Of a DNA stretch of 64,000 nucleotides, positions 41,282 through 54,300 are shown piece by piece. The notes under the pieces are model-generated. The model was not told the origin of the DNA, ran no database searches, and saw only the letters and a list, made by a program, of their open reading frames with translations. The stretch is from Octopus vulgaris (Eukaryota), in contig OX597829.1 in assembly GCA_951406725.2 (NCBI GenBank), positions 51,770,001 through 51,834,000 of the forward strand, read 5' to 3'. The position numbers were made by a program, and so were the translations under genes. Every line of letters begins with the position of its first letter. Positions within the stretch are counted from its first letter, which is position 1.

Positions 41282-44200
41282 CATATTAAGGTTGGATTTT
41301 ATGTTGAATTATAACTTTAGTTAGTTAGAATTGTCTTTAAAAAAAAATTTATTTTAAATTTGAATTCAGTTTCCTTGGTGTAATGAGCAGTTGCAAACAT
41401 AACATCCAAAAATGCCAATGAATGAAGAGATGTAACTAAAAAGTTACTATGTATAACATGCATCTCAATATATAGGCCTAAATTGTCTTAAAAATCTTTA
41501 AAATACTATATATAACATACAGTGGTGTTTAAACACAAGAGTAAATAATCTACTATCATTCAACAGCATCACCACTTTTTGCTGATTACATTAATGGAAT
41601 TTGCTGAGCCAGATTTTCTATGGCTGGATGCTCTTCCTGTTGCCAACTCTCATCTATTTCCAAGTAAGGTAAAATTTCCTTAAGGCCAGACATGTTTTCA
41701 CAGATGACTGGAAATGAATGACACTGCTTGTCTGACAGTGACACTCATTTACAACTACCAAAGTTGTATCATTACGCAGGGCATGCAGCATACTCAACAG
41801 TGTCAAGTGGTTGTTGTCAGGAAAGGCATCCAGTTGTAGAAACCATGTCAAAGCAGACACTGGAGCATGATGCAATCCCTGGGCCAATCAGATCCTGTGA
41901 AACTGTCCAACTCATGCCATGAATGTTAAACAATGATGGTGATGATGGTACAGGGTGTCCCAAAGAATATGTATACATACTTTAGTAGCTGATGACTCAC
42001 TTTTAATTAAATTTCTTTTTAAATTTAACTCGTTAGAAATAATGAAGGAAGCCAGATTAACAAAGAAAAATCTATCATTATGTACTACTGGATATCTGAA
42101 AATGCAGTCAATGTGCAAAGCCAGTTAAGGAGGGGGGTTTTAAACAGATCTACCTCCGTAACTTACTCTCACTTGATTTAGAGATAAGCTTGAAGCAGGT
42201 AGAAGTCCAGAACATCCTCAAGAAATGATCTGGAAGACTACACACGGCATGCATCAGGGAGGCTCACAAAGCAAGAAAAGTTACAAGAAGTGTATTGCTA
42301 GAATTCAAGAAAACCTGTTTGGCAAGCAAGTTGTGAGATAGGAATTTTAAAATCTTCAAGCCATGTCATTGGAAAAGTTACATTCCAAGAATAATCCATG
42401 AACTCAAGGAAGATGGTTCAAAACCAAAGAGTTGAGTTTAGTGAATGGTATTTGGCAAGATACACATTTTCCAATCAGGAGTGTTTGGAGTGGTGAGGTT
42501 ACATTTAAATTAAATGGTTCAATTAACCATCACAATTGTAGATACTAGGGACTTGATGATCGGCACATTCAGAGGAACATCATGTTAACTTACCAGGAGT
42601 TACAATATAGTGTGGTTTGTCATTAAAGGGGCCTATTTTAAGGTTTTGCCAAACAGGTGCATTGAAAGAAGAGTTTCGGTAGAAGCCTTTCTGCATCCAC
42701 CAGACTTCACACAAATGGCCTTTGTATAAATTTTTTGGGACACAAAACCTCTTTCAGTTTCTGACTACTAAATCTGTACACAAAGATTTTGGTTGGCATG
42801 TGACTTTGGCGGAGGACACTTGGCCAAGGTGCCATGCAGTGAGAATGAACCAGAAACAATGTGGTTGGGAAGCAAACTTCACTATTACACAGCTATGCCT
42901 GCCACCTTAATATTTCATTTCATGCAATTATTACATAACGAAGCTTTATTGCATTGGGGAAAAACTTTGCAGCCCACTGCTTTACATTATAAGCAGCTCT
43001 AATTTTAAGCTTGATTTTTGTGAAAAAAAAAAAGTGTATTAAATGTAGAGTTTCACAGTATTTAGTTATATGAGTTCTAAGCTAGCATGTATATAAATTT
43101 TTACTATTTTTATTTACCTTCAACATTGTTGATTTTCTTTAATGCATTACAATATGGTGTTCGAATTCTGAAGCTTTTCCTTCGAATTTTTATCAATGTA
43201 GATCTAAAATTAGAATGAATAACAAAATATAACATAAACATTGTATATTTAAGTACATTGCTTTGAAGTATATTTTATGATCATAATTTACCTTCCTTTT
43301 ATTGTTTGTGTTTAGCCCTAAGTCAGTTCTGATATATGATCAGGGACATAACATCTCTGACGATCCTGTCATTTTATAAATTGGCACTGACTACACTGAC
43401 CAATCTTTAAAATCTTTAGCATTTAAACCAGCCATACTGGCCAACATATTGAGATAAATTCAAACTGACCAGATCTAGTCTCTAATACTTACCTTACAAT
43501 ATTATTCTAAAAATAACCAATTAAACCAATTACATCGCTGAAATCGTAAAGCTACATGGTAATGCACAACTAATTAAAATCAATGTGAATAAATAAGCAT
43601 TATATTCGACAGAGAAATCTGAATGCTAAAAGGTTAAACCGTACAGTGTGATTTGAAGGAAATTTGACTTATTTTAAGTTGCTTGAACAATTACACAGCG
43701 GCTTCCCTATTAACATGTTTGTATAAGACGGCAAAGTCAAAGATGGTGCCAGGAGTAATTAATGGGTTAAAAAGGTACTGACTCAACTGACTGAAAATAT
43801 AATGATTTTAAAGTTTTCAATTTCAAAATAATCAAATGAGATTTAAGGATTTCTCTGAAGGAGGATTTAGTACAAGAAACTGTTTCTAACAAAAACATGC
43901 TAGTAATTTTAGATTTGGATTTTCTTAATATTTAATCCTTATTTCATAGAAGCTGATTCTTTAATAAATTTTGTGGGGATAAGTTTTTTAATCTTTTACA
44001 ACATAATTTTTATTTCATTTAACCCTTTAGCATTTAAACTGGCCATATCCAGCCCAAATATTCTACATGTTTTACATTAAAACCAGCCAGATCTGGCCTT
44101 TCACACCTACCTTACAATGTCATTCTAAGAATAAAGAAGCACATCATCGAAATCTTGAAGCTATGAGATAATGCATGGTTAATTCAAAACAATGTGAATA

Positions 44201-47200
44201 CATAAGACAGAGTAATCTGAATGCTAATGGATCAATGTAATCATTTATGTTATATTCACTTCAATTTATATTTAAACAATGTTTTAATTACTAAAATAAA
44301 GAACTATGTGTCTAACTTATGTATTTAATTCTTTTGAAACAGTCATTTGTTAAGTTGCTTCAGGTGTTCTATGTTTTAATTTTACAACCAATTAATGCAG
44401 GAAACGTAGAACAGAAAAAGAAAAGGTTTTTTCTAAAATATGTTATTAAATATAAAAAATATATCTAACACTTTCATGACAATATTCTTTTTGAAATGCC
44501 TTGTTCATGGGTTTTAATTTTTTTTCTTAAATAATCAAGAATTTTGTTGCAGTTTAGGAAATTATCATTATCATTTGGAGCATATTTTCAAAGATCTTAA
44601 AAACTATGAATGGAAGGTTTTAATCTAAATATGAACACTTTAAAACAAGAGGGGTCAGAACCAAGGTCTCAAAGAACTAAATGAAAGTATACTGTCTTTA
44701 TGAATGAATACAAAAAATATAAAATATTGCAGAAGTGAAGATAGGAAATTATGACAACAATGTAGAAATATATACAACTTCATGAGTCATATGAGATTTT
44801 AATAAGCACTTCTAGCACTACATCTGGTACAAAATAAGGTGTAGTGTGCAAAGCAGAATCGTATATTACTCAAAAAATGTATGATATCAGTAATCAGAAT
44901 CAACGGATATTATCCAATCATCGCATTCTTCGTCTACCTCTAGATCTCCTGCCAGTTGGCTCAGCTTCAAGAATCTGTCTTGCACTACTTTCCTGCAGCA
45001 TTCTAATCATATGTCCATAATACCTGAGCTGTGACCTCTTAATGCAGAAAAGTAGCAGCTCACCCTGGAAAGGCTCCTTGATCTCTGAGCTAAGCACCCT
45101 GACAAGTAATATTACCCCAGAGATCCTATGGTTGAACCCCGTTTTGATGCCTGTATTTGCAAACTGAACTCTTTCAGTGATTACCCCAAAACTGATCATC
45201 ATTGGTGAGAAGAGACACAAAAACCAAAGACAGCAAGTTTGGCATTTACACATAATCTCTCCTCTTCTGAGGACTGAATGCTGGAGCTGGGGCTTTACTG
45301 TACCAGCACCTGCAATTCCAGCTTTCAGTCCAAAGCACGGCTTGAAAACAAGTCTCCACTATTGCATATGCAGTACACCGAGGCATGAAAAGTTGCAGCA
45401 GAGACAGTAAAAACATCCAAAGCTAAGTCATGGTAGGACTCTGGATTTAAAGTGGACTCTGACTTAAGACTGGCCAATAAAAGATTCTGGCAAAAACCCT
45501 TTCCCAACTTTGTAAGAAGAAACCCTCATCTATAACTGTGATTAAAAAACTCAGCTGGGGTTTTTCTCTCTACCAGAGAAGAGCATTCTGAGGAAGGAGA
45601 GAGAATACTTTGTTGATCTCTTAAATCCAGTCATAATATAATCTTCTGGTGGGCATGACGTGCATCTAGAGGCAAAGACTAACCTCACAGAGGCTGAAGT
45701 CAGAGAGGCAGTTAAAGCCAATTTAATTACAAAGGAAAATGACATCTTACCCTTCTTGAATGAATTCATTTAATTTGTGTAGATTTTTATCAGCTCTCAC
45801 TGTAAATAAAAACAGAGAACTATAATAATCAAATATGAAATATTACCAACCTTTACAGTAGATATTCTAATTTAAATCTAATTTTTTAATATATTTTCAT
45901 TGTTATTCTTCAAATTATGGCGAGTGAATTAGTGGAGTCTTTAGAGCATTGGACAGAATGCCTTGCAGTATTTATTCTAACCCTCTGTGCTCCAAGTTCA
46001 AATCCTGTTGAGGTCATCCTTGTCTTTCATCATCTTTGAATTGTGCTTTGGTATGTAACAAGTGTGTTTCTAAATTCTTTTGTTGACAGGTGAAGCATTA
46101 CCCAACTTACCAGACATTTTAATGCACTTAATGATTATATTAAGTACATTATCCCACCTACCACAGACATAGCTAATGGTTGAAGACAATTGAGAGGTGT
46201 AGCAATAAGGCTGAAGCTTCATAAATGCAATGTCACAGTTAGAAACTGCATGGAAGCACATTGAAAGAACAGCTTTTGCTTTGGGAGGTAGATTCAATGT
46301 GTGACTCGGTTTAATCCCACCACCTGAGCTCTTGAGCACCTTTAGCAGAGTCTATTCTGTGTCACAAGCTTTTGAGCCAAGTTCCCAATTAAGGATAATT
46401 TCTCCCATCTGTTTTGGAGCACACCTTCCCACCTAAAAAAAAAAAAGTGATGAGTGCTGTCCACCTTCTCCTTGACTAAATCATGAAAAAAATATTTTAA
46501 AAAGTATACTTACTTCCTCCAAGCCTTTTTCGCATTTCGCCATAATGTATTAAACCATAAACTTCAAGAGCATGTTTTTTGATACCTGAAGAATAATATT
46601 TAAAAATTCCATTTAATTAGTTTTAAAAAATTGATTTTTTTTTCTTTTTGGGAGAAATTAATCTATGGGTTTACATGAAACACATTTAATACATTTTAAA
46701 CTAAATGAAGATGAGCACAACACTCTACAGATGCAAGCATGAAAGATGGATGTTAAAAGATGAAGATTCTGATGTGAATGCAAACATAAAAGATATATGA
46801 AACAGAATGAATGCCCTTTCTAACACTAACTTCTTTACACTGAGTGTTTTTTACATAGCACCAGCACTTTATACATTGCACTGATACAGGTGCTTTTTAT
46901 GTGGCATCGGCACTTCTTGTGTGGCACCAGCATGTGTGCTTTCTATGTGGCACCGGCGCTTGTTATGTGGCACCCGTATGGATGCTTTTTAAAAATGATA
47001 TAAGATGAAAGAAAAAATAAAAGTAATACAAATGACATAGTATTTGAGGGTGTTTTTTACTAGTTTAAATCAAAGAAATAACTCACCGTCTTTCATTTCA
47101 ATATATTTAGAAATTTTATTCCAAGTTCTATAATAAAAATGGCGGACTTGCTCTTTGTTTTTAATCATCATAGCTAGAGCACCTTTTTTCTTGTATTTTT

Positions 47201-50200
47201 GAGCAAAATTATTCTGTATAGCATCAAAGTCTCTGCCACACTGAAATCAAAATGATTATTTTTATTAGAAACAAAAAACAACTTAATAGAAAAAGAAATG
47301 AAAAAAAAAATATTGTATTTCATTAATATTTAGCAGAAGCACAGAGTGAGTCTAGAACCAAGAGTTTTGAGTGATGGCACTTACCAAAGTTTGATAAGTG
47401 CCAACACCTGAAACTGTTGGTCCATGAATCACTCTGTGTATTTTGTTTTATCTATTGTCAGTGGAACGTATTGTGTTACTCATGGTAAAAGATTGAGATT
47501 TTATTTAAATAAAAACAGATGACAAAATTAGTTTGGGGATGGATATTTAAAAAAAAAAACAATCAACAATTTGGAAAAATTCTCTGCAATAGAATCATGT
47601 GTGAATGTGATTAAAAGATTTAAATTGAAACATTCAAATGCAGTGATACAATACTACATTATCCCTATTTTGGTGGTGAATAGTGGGGTATATTCTCATA
47701 TTTCTTTCTACAATAGGCACAAAGCATGAAATTCTGGGAAAGCAAGGGGATGGGGGGGGGGGGGGCAGTGCTTGACTGGAATGTATTTTATCAATACAAA
47801 GAGGTTCATAGAATATGTGCCACTCTACCCTCCAGCAGAATTCTAAACTCAATGCTAAGATGGAAGAAATGCTACAAAGCATTTTGTCCCGCATGCTAAC
47901 AATCTAGCCAAACTGTCCAACCCCTGCCAGCATAGAAAAACAGATGTTAAGTGATGATGATGATGATTTTTCATTTGGCATGGATTGGATAGATCTCAAC
48001 AGTATCTTGTCACTCATTTCCAAAGATTTACATTATCTGGCACAAAAACAGCAACAGATGAAGCTAGTGATTTTTGTTGTTGGTTTGTTATCCTCATCAT
48101 CACCCTCATCATTTAACATCTGCCTTCCATGCTGGCATGTGTTGAACAGTTTGACAAGAGCTGGAAAACCAGAGGACTGCGTCAAATTCTACTGTCTGCT
48201 TTTGAATGGTTTCTACAGTTGGAATGCCCTTCCTAACACTTTACAGAATGTGTACTGTGTGCTTTTCTATGTGGCACCAGCACCAGTGAGGTCACCCAGT
48301 AACACTAGCAAGACAAAATCTCCCCCTCAACTAAGTAGTTATGTACCTGGTGAGGAGAGGTTTAGAGTATGAATAAAGGGATAGAAATAGGTGTCCTACT
48401 GTAGAGGAGATACATGACCAACTTGGTTCTGAAAAAAAAAAGGGAGGAGATGAGAGAGAGAAGAGGTAAAAATGTGTTGGGACAAATTTACAAGGATGGG
48501 TCAAGTGTATTAGTTTAGATTTCTTACATAAATGCAAACAAAAAAAGTTACCTCATTTAAAGCTTGGAAAAATGTACTCTTTTCATCGACTGTCCATAAT
48601 TCCCATTGCCTTTTCTTAGCTTCTGGTGTAGCAGTTTTAACTTCTTTAGCTGAAATTTAACATGCAATATGTTGAATAAATACTATCTCATAAATTAAAA
48701 AAAAAACATTAGAAAACATTTTAACATATATAAATAAAAATGTAGCATTAAAATTTGCCTCCAACCCCTAGAATTAGCTTCACTGCATCAAAATTCAATG
48801 GAAGCACATACAACAGGTAGTTTGCTTCTTAGAAGTATAGTCATGGAAAAGATGAAAAAGTTAAGCAGATTGTAAGAAAGCTCTGTCAGAGGTATGGTAC
48901 CCCTCATTTACATCTTAACCCTTCACAACATTCAGATTATTCTGTCAAATGTAATGTTCATTTATTCACAATGTTCTGAATTAATCATGCATTGTCTCAA
49001 AGCTTTGAGATTTCAATGGTGTGATGATTGTTTAGCTTTAGAATGACATTGTAGGGTAGGTGTGAGGAGTCAGATCTGGCCAGTTTTTATCATTAAACAA
49101 GGAGAATATTTTGGCTAGATATGACCAGAGCAAGAGGCTGGATCTGGCTACCCTGAACATAAAACAAGGTAGAATATTTGGGCAAGATATTCTGGGTTAA
49201 AAACTTAAGGGCCCACAGATAAAGTATGAAAAAATTATAAAATACATTTAGTATGTAAAACAAATAAGGAAGGTAACAACTTGTAAAATAATGCCAATAA
49301 GATGCCTTTGGTGAAGGTAGGTGGCTAACTGGTTATGGTTTTCAGCTCAAGATTGTAAGATCAGGTGTTTGATACTTGGCAGTGCATTATGTCCTTGAGC
49401 AAGAAGCTTTATTATATATTACACCTGTCCACTCAGCTGGCTGACAAAAATGAGTTGTACCTGTAATTCAAAGGGCCAGCCTTGTAACATTCTGTGTCAC
49501 TCAATTTCCCTGAGAACTAGGTTATAAGTATACTCAGCCACTTACATTTTAGTTTCATGAGCAAGCTGTTCCATTGATCAAATTAACTGGAACCCTCATC
49601 ACCGTAACTGACGGAGTGCCAGATTTTCTAAAGATGCTTTTATCCAACTCATGCAGACGTGAAAAAGTAGACATAAAACAAACAAACAAACAACTAGCAC
49701 TACAAAAGTTCACTTTCCAAGATAATGAGTCTTTTATCAGATGCAAATACAAACAACATACATATGTCACTTTAGTGGCACAGGGATAAAGAGATCAAAC
49801 AAATTGTGGAAAAATATTTTATGAACCAAAACACATTTAATCAAAGATATGTCCTAAATACTGGTCATATATATATATTCACGATGCCCATTCATGTTGC
49901 AGCTTGCTATCTGATTCAAGTAAGAATACTTTGTAGTCACAGACATTTTCACAATGGCCATTCATGTTATGACTTGTTCTTGTTTTGCAGCAAAGAAGAA
50001 GCAAATCTTTACATAAAAAGATTCTTGTGCTTAAATGTTGAAGAGATGTCAGGTAAAAAAGGAGAGATACTAGTTCAATCTGATTTTTGATAACTGGCAG
50101 TGAAATTCAATTAAAACTTTCACTCATTGATTCTAATATTAATTTAGCACCATTTGTATATATTTCTGAGACTTATTAATTAACGAAGTAGTTAATGAAA

Positions 50201-51344
50201 TTGGTGATAGATTGATATGCAAAATTAACTATCATGAAGATGAAAAGTATGCACGTTGAGGAAGTGGTGAGTCATTAAAAGTATCAGCTGGTGTAAACAA
50301 CAAGAGCAGCTGACAGTTTTGTTATATATGAAAGGGCAATCCCTCCTGGATGGAAAAGTGTTGTACGCTAACCCTAGAAAATACCCATGACAAAGAAAGA
50401 ATAAGCAGACACTGATAGAAGCAATAAATAGTAACTTTCTAAAACTTTGTATCTAAAAAAAAAATTGTTCTGGAGATTTCAGAAAGTTGGGTATCACAGT
50501 GAAGTTAATACATGATCAAGAGAAGTGGTGCTATGTGTCATTCTGTGGAGAATGTCTAAATCAGTGCTGGCATGGAAAATAAAATGGATATTTTTCTCAC
50601 GGAATATAGATAGTAGTGCAATCTGAGAATTATAGAATTAAAAATAAGCAACCCTTTTTTTTCTCTTTTTACTAATCTTTTTATGACTATATTTCTAATG
50701 AAATACACTGATTATTAATTTTGAAAATAATTTGGAAGCTTTAATAAAATTAAAATAACTCTTGCTTATTTAACAATCTGGTGTTTGTAAAATAACTTAA
50801 AGGGTTCTTTCATAAAATTAAGATGGAAGGGTTTATTGTAAATCATCATCATTTAATATCCATTTTCCATGGAAAATGCTAGCATCAGTTCAAACATAAA
50901 ATATCAATATACAAACAGGAAATTCTATGTGATAGAATTAGAGACTGTCTTGAATGAGTTGGTATGAGACAGGTTCAGATGTCAATCACTAAAAGGTGCT
51001 GCTAGACAGTCCAAAAGATTCACAGGTAAATTTGTAATAAATATTAACTTTCTCAGTTGTTTTGAACATAACAACAACAACAACCACCATACATCAAAAA
51101 CTATTACTTTCCAAATCAATCATCATCATCACCACCACCACCACCATTATTTTAACATCCACTTTTCCATGCTTACATGGGTTGGATGAAATTTATTGAG
51201 GCAGATTTTCTACAGCTGCATGCGCTTCCTGTCACCAACCCTCATCAGTTCCCACAAAATACTGGAAATGAATGGCACTGCTTTTATGACAGTGACATAA
51301 CTATTGTGTCAAGACAAGAAGACTAACATAAATGCACACACTCA

Positions 51345-51377
<33 letters not shown>

Positions 51378-54300
51378 GGCGCAGAAGTGGCTGTGTGGTA
51401 AGTAGCTTGTTTACCAACCACATGGTTCCGGGTTCAGTCCCACTGCGTGGCACCTTGGGCAAGTGTCTTCTGCTATAGCCCCGGGCCGACCAAAGCCTTG
51501 TGAGTGGATTTGGTAGACAGAAACTGAAAGAAGCCCGTCGTATATATGTATATATATATGCGTGTATGTGTTTGCTTGACAACCGATGCTGGTGTGTTTA
51601 CATCCCCGTCACTTAGCGGTTCGGCAAAAAAAGACCGATAGAATAAGTACTGGGCTTACAAAAGAATAAGTCCTGGGGTCGAGTTGCTCGACTAATGGCG
51701 GTGCTCCAGCATGGCCGCAGTCAAATGACTGAAACAAGTAAAAGAGTAAAAAGAAAGAGTATATATATATATATATATATATATACATACACATTTATAT
51801 TTGGGGTTTCTTTTGGTTCCTGTCTACCAAAGCTACTCACAAGGTTTAGGACAGCCTGGAGCTATAATTGAAGACACTTGGCCAAGGTACCATGCAGTGG
51901 GATTGAGTTGCAACCATGAGGATGGGAAACAAATTTCTTATCACAAAGCCACAACAGGACTTGTAGAGGGGAATCTGGTGTTTATGTTGTATATGCATGT
52001 CACAATACATTTGCAATAACAAAGTATATTTCTTTCTTGTTTTTCGTTTTTTTTTTTATTTACTATAATGAACTCTGAAAAAGTCTTTGATTGGAATTGT
52101 CAGACTTAAAAACATGAAAAGATAATGAAAAAAAAAAAAACTTATATAAAGATAAGTTAAATCGGTGCTTTACTTTAGCACCGAAGTCACTTGAATTTTG
52201 GCTGAACCAAATATATCAGGTGGTGATTGTTATTAAAACAGTTCAGAATTTATCTTTACTTTTTTATAAATAAATAATTGTACAATGCCAAGGGAGGAAG
52301 TTAGTCAGTACCATTAACAACAGTACTCGACTAGTACCTTATTTCATTAACCATGGTGGCATGACAGGCAAAGTCAATCTCAGCTAGACTTCAGAGTGTA
52401 AAGAGATGGAAGAAATACCACAAGGTATTTTGTCTGATGCTCTGGTGATTCTAGCCATGCACCACCCTACTTTTCATAAATAGTTCTTACTAATTTTACA
52501 AATTCTGAGGGGAGAAGTCGATTACATTGATCCACCAGTACTCAATTGGTGCTTATTTTATCGACCTCGGCAGAATTTGAACTCAGAACATAAAACCAGA
52601 AGAAATGCTGCTAAGTATTTTGTTTGACACTGTAATGATTCTGCTAACAAATTAATTCAACCAAAATAAAAGACACTAAGCATTCTTTAACACCTGTTGC
52701 TGCTGTTGTTATTATAATAGAAGTTTACTACCCGGCTGAGGTAGAGAATACGTAACAAAAACCCTAACCCCAAACACCGGGTGTACGTATTTGCTTTCGC
52801 CTACTACCCAACATCAGTACTGATCGAACAGACCTATAATCAAAGGTATCCCAACTATGATCACCTAGTCTTAGTGTAATAACAAGCACAGCATTATCCA
52901 ACGTGTTAATTAAAAAAAAAAAAATTATGAAGACATTGATAGATATTTGGCTGCTATTTCTAGCAGATTGAGCGACCGCTAAGTAAGAATAATCAAAAAG
53001 ATCCATGAGAGTCTCTACACGGTCATTTGAGTTGGCAGAAATAGCAGCCAAATATCCACCCAAATCATACTCTACCGCTTAAAGATAAAAAAAAAAAAAT
53101 AAAGGACCCCCTAAATAATGTAGTTTTATACATTACTACAGGAGAATAATTACGGGGAAAAAAAACAAAACAACAGCTGATCACAGCTGGAATGTCTTGG
53201 ATCATAAATCTGTTCGGACAGAGTTAATCTGTTTGAACAATAAGAGCGAGCGCTGAATAATACATTTTTATGTTTTAAGAGGGTGTCTCCACGTTTTGTA
53301 TCGAGTGGATTGACCAAGAAAAATAACTAAAATCTCAATAACATATACACACGTGTATTATTATCGAGTTTTCAGTTGTAAAAAACAAATAATTATTAAA
53401 CATCGAAAATAAAACTATATTTCTCAGAAGACTTGGGACGGATTTTTTTGAATTATTGAATCTATCAGTTTCTACATAAACATAGATGTTGGTTAAAAGA
53501 ACCGGATACCGGTTTCGGCGAGTTTTCCGGATTGTTCGGCCAACTATAAACCGAACAACATGCTCGTTGAATTTAATACGTAAACTGGCTGAATATCCCA
53601 CAGACACGTGTTCGCTTGGCGTAATAATCAACAAGCAGATTTATAGTAATATACAGTTTGTATGGCAGAGGCTGTACACAGGTACACTTTATATCCGACG
53701 GGCTTTTTTTACCACCGGCTTGTTTGTGTCTGTGCAAATTCGCTCACGTTAAATACTTGGGTCGACCCGAAGCCTATACAGTAACTAACTAACAATTGAT
53801 CTAGACTACTAAGCAGTGGGATCGAAACCTGAACTGAGTGGTTCCGACGAAAACTTCTTAACCATTCAGCCATGCTGCATCCACATATATATTTAATTAT
53901 ATACATACATGCACACACACATATATAATATATATATATTATACACACACATACACGTGTTGTATGTGTCTGTATAACGCAAATATACCTTTATACATAC
54001 TTCGCATAGTTAGATTGGAAGACTAATCAGACAAATAATAGGCGCACAGCAACATCCATCAACTTGGAAATACTTACCAACTTTCTTGGCTGGAGACCCA
54101 GGAGGCCTCTGTTCTCTTTTCGGTCTTTTGATTCCCCTCGTTCTGGTGAAGGTAAATGCAATGATGCCGTTGTTGCTTGCAGTAGAAGTGCTGCTGGTCG
54201 AAGAAGAAGTGGTGGACGTGGTGGTCGTGGTGCAATTATGGCCTGCTCCGCCGCCGCTGCCGCCGCCGCCAGCCGCCGAGGCCAGGCTCTCGCCAGCGGA

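Noticed and set aside
51378-51450. tRNA gene
   Set aside because: tRNA-like SINE head continuous with a SINE body and present in many decayed copies.
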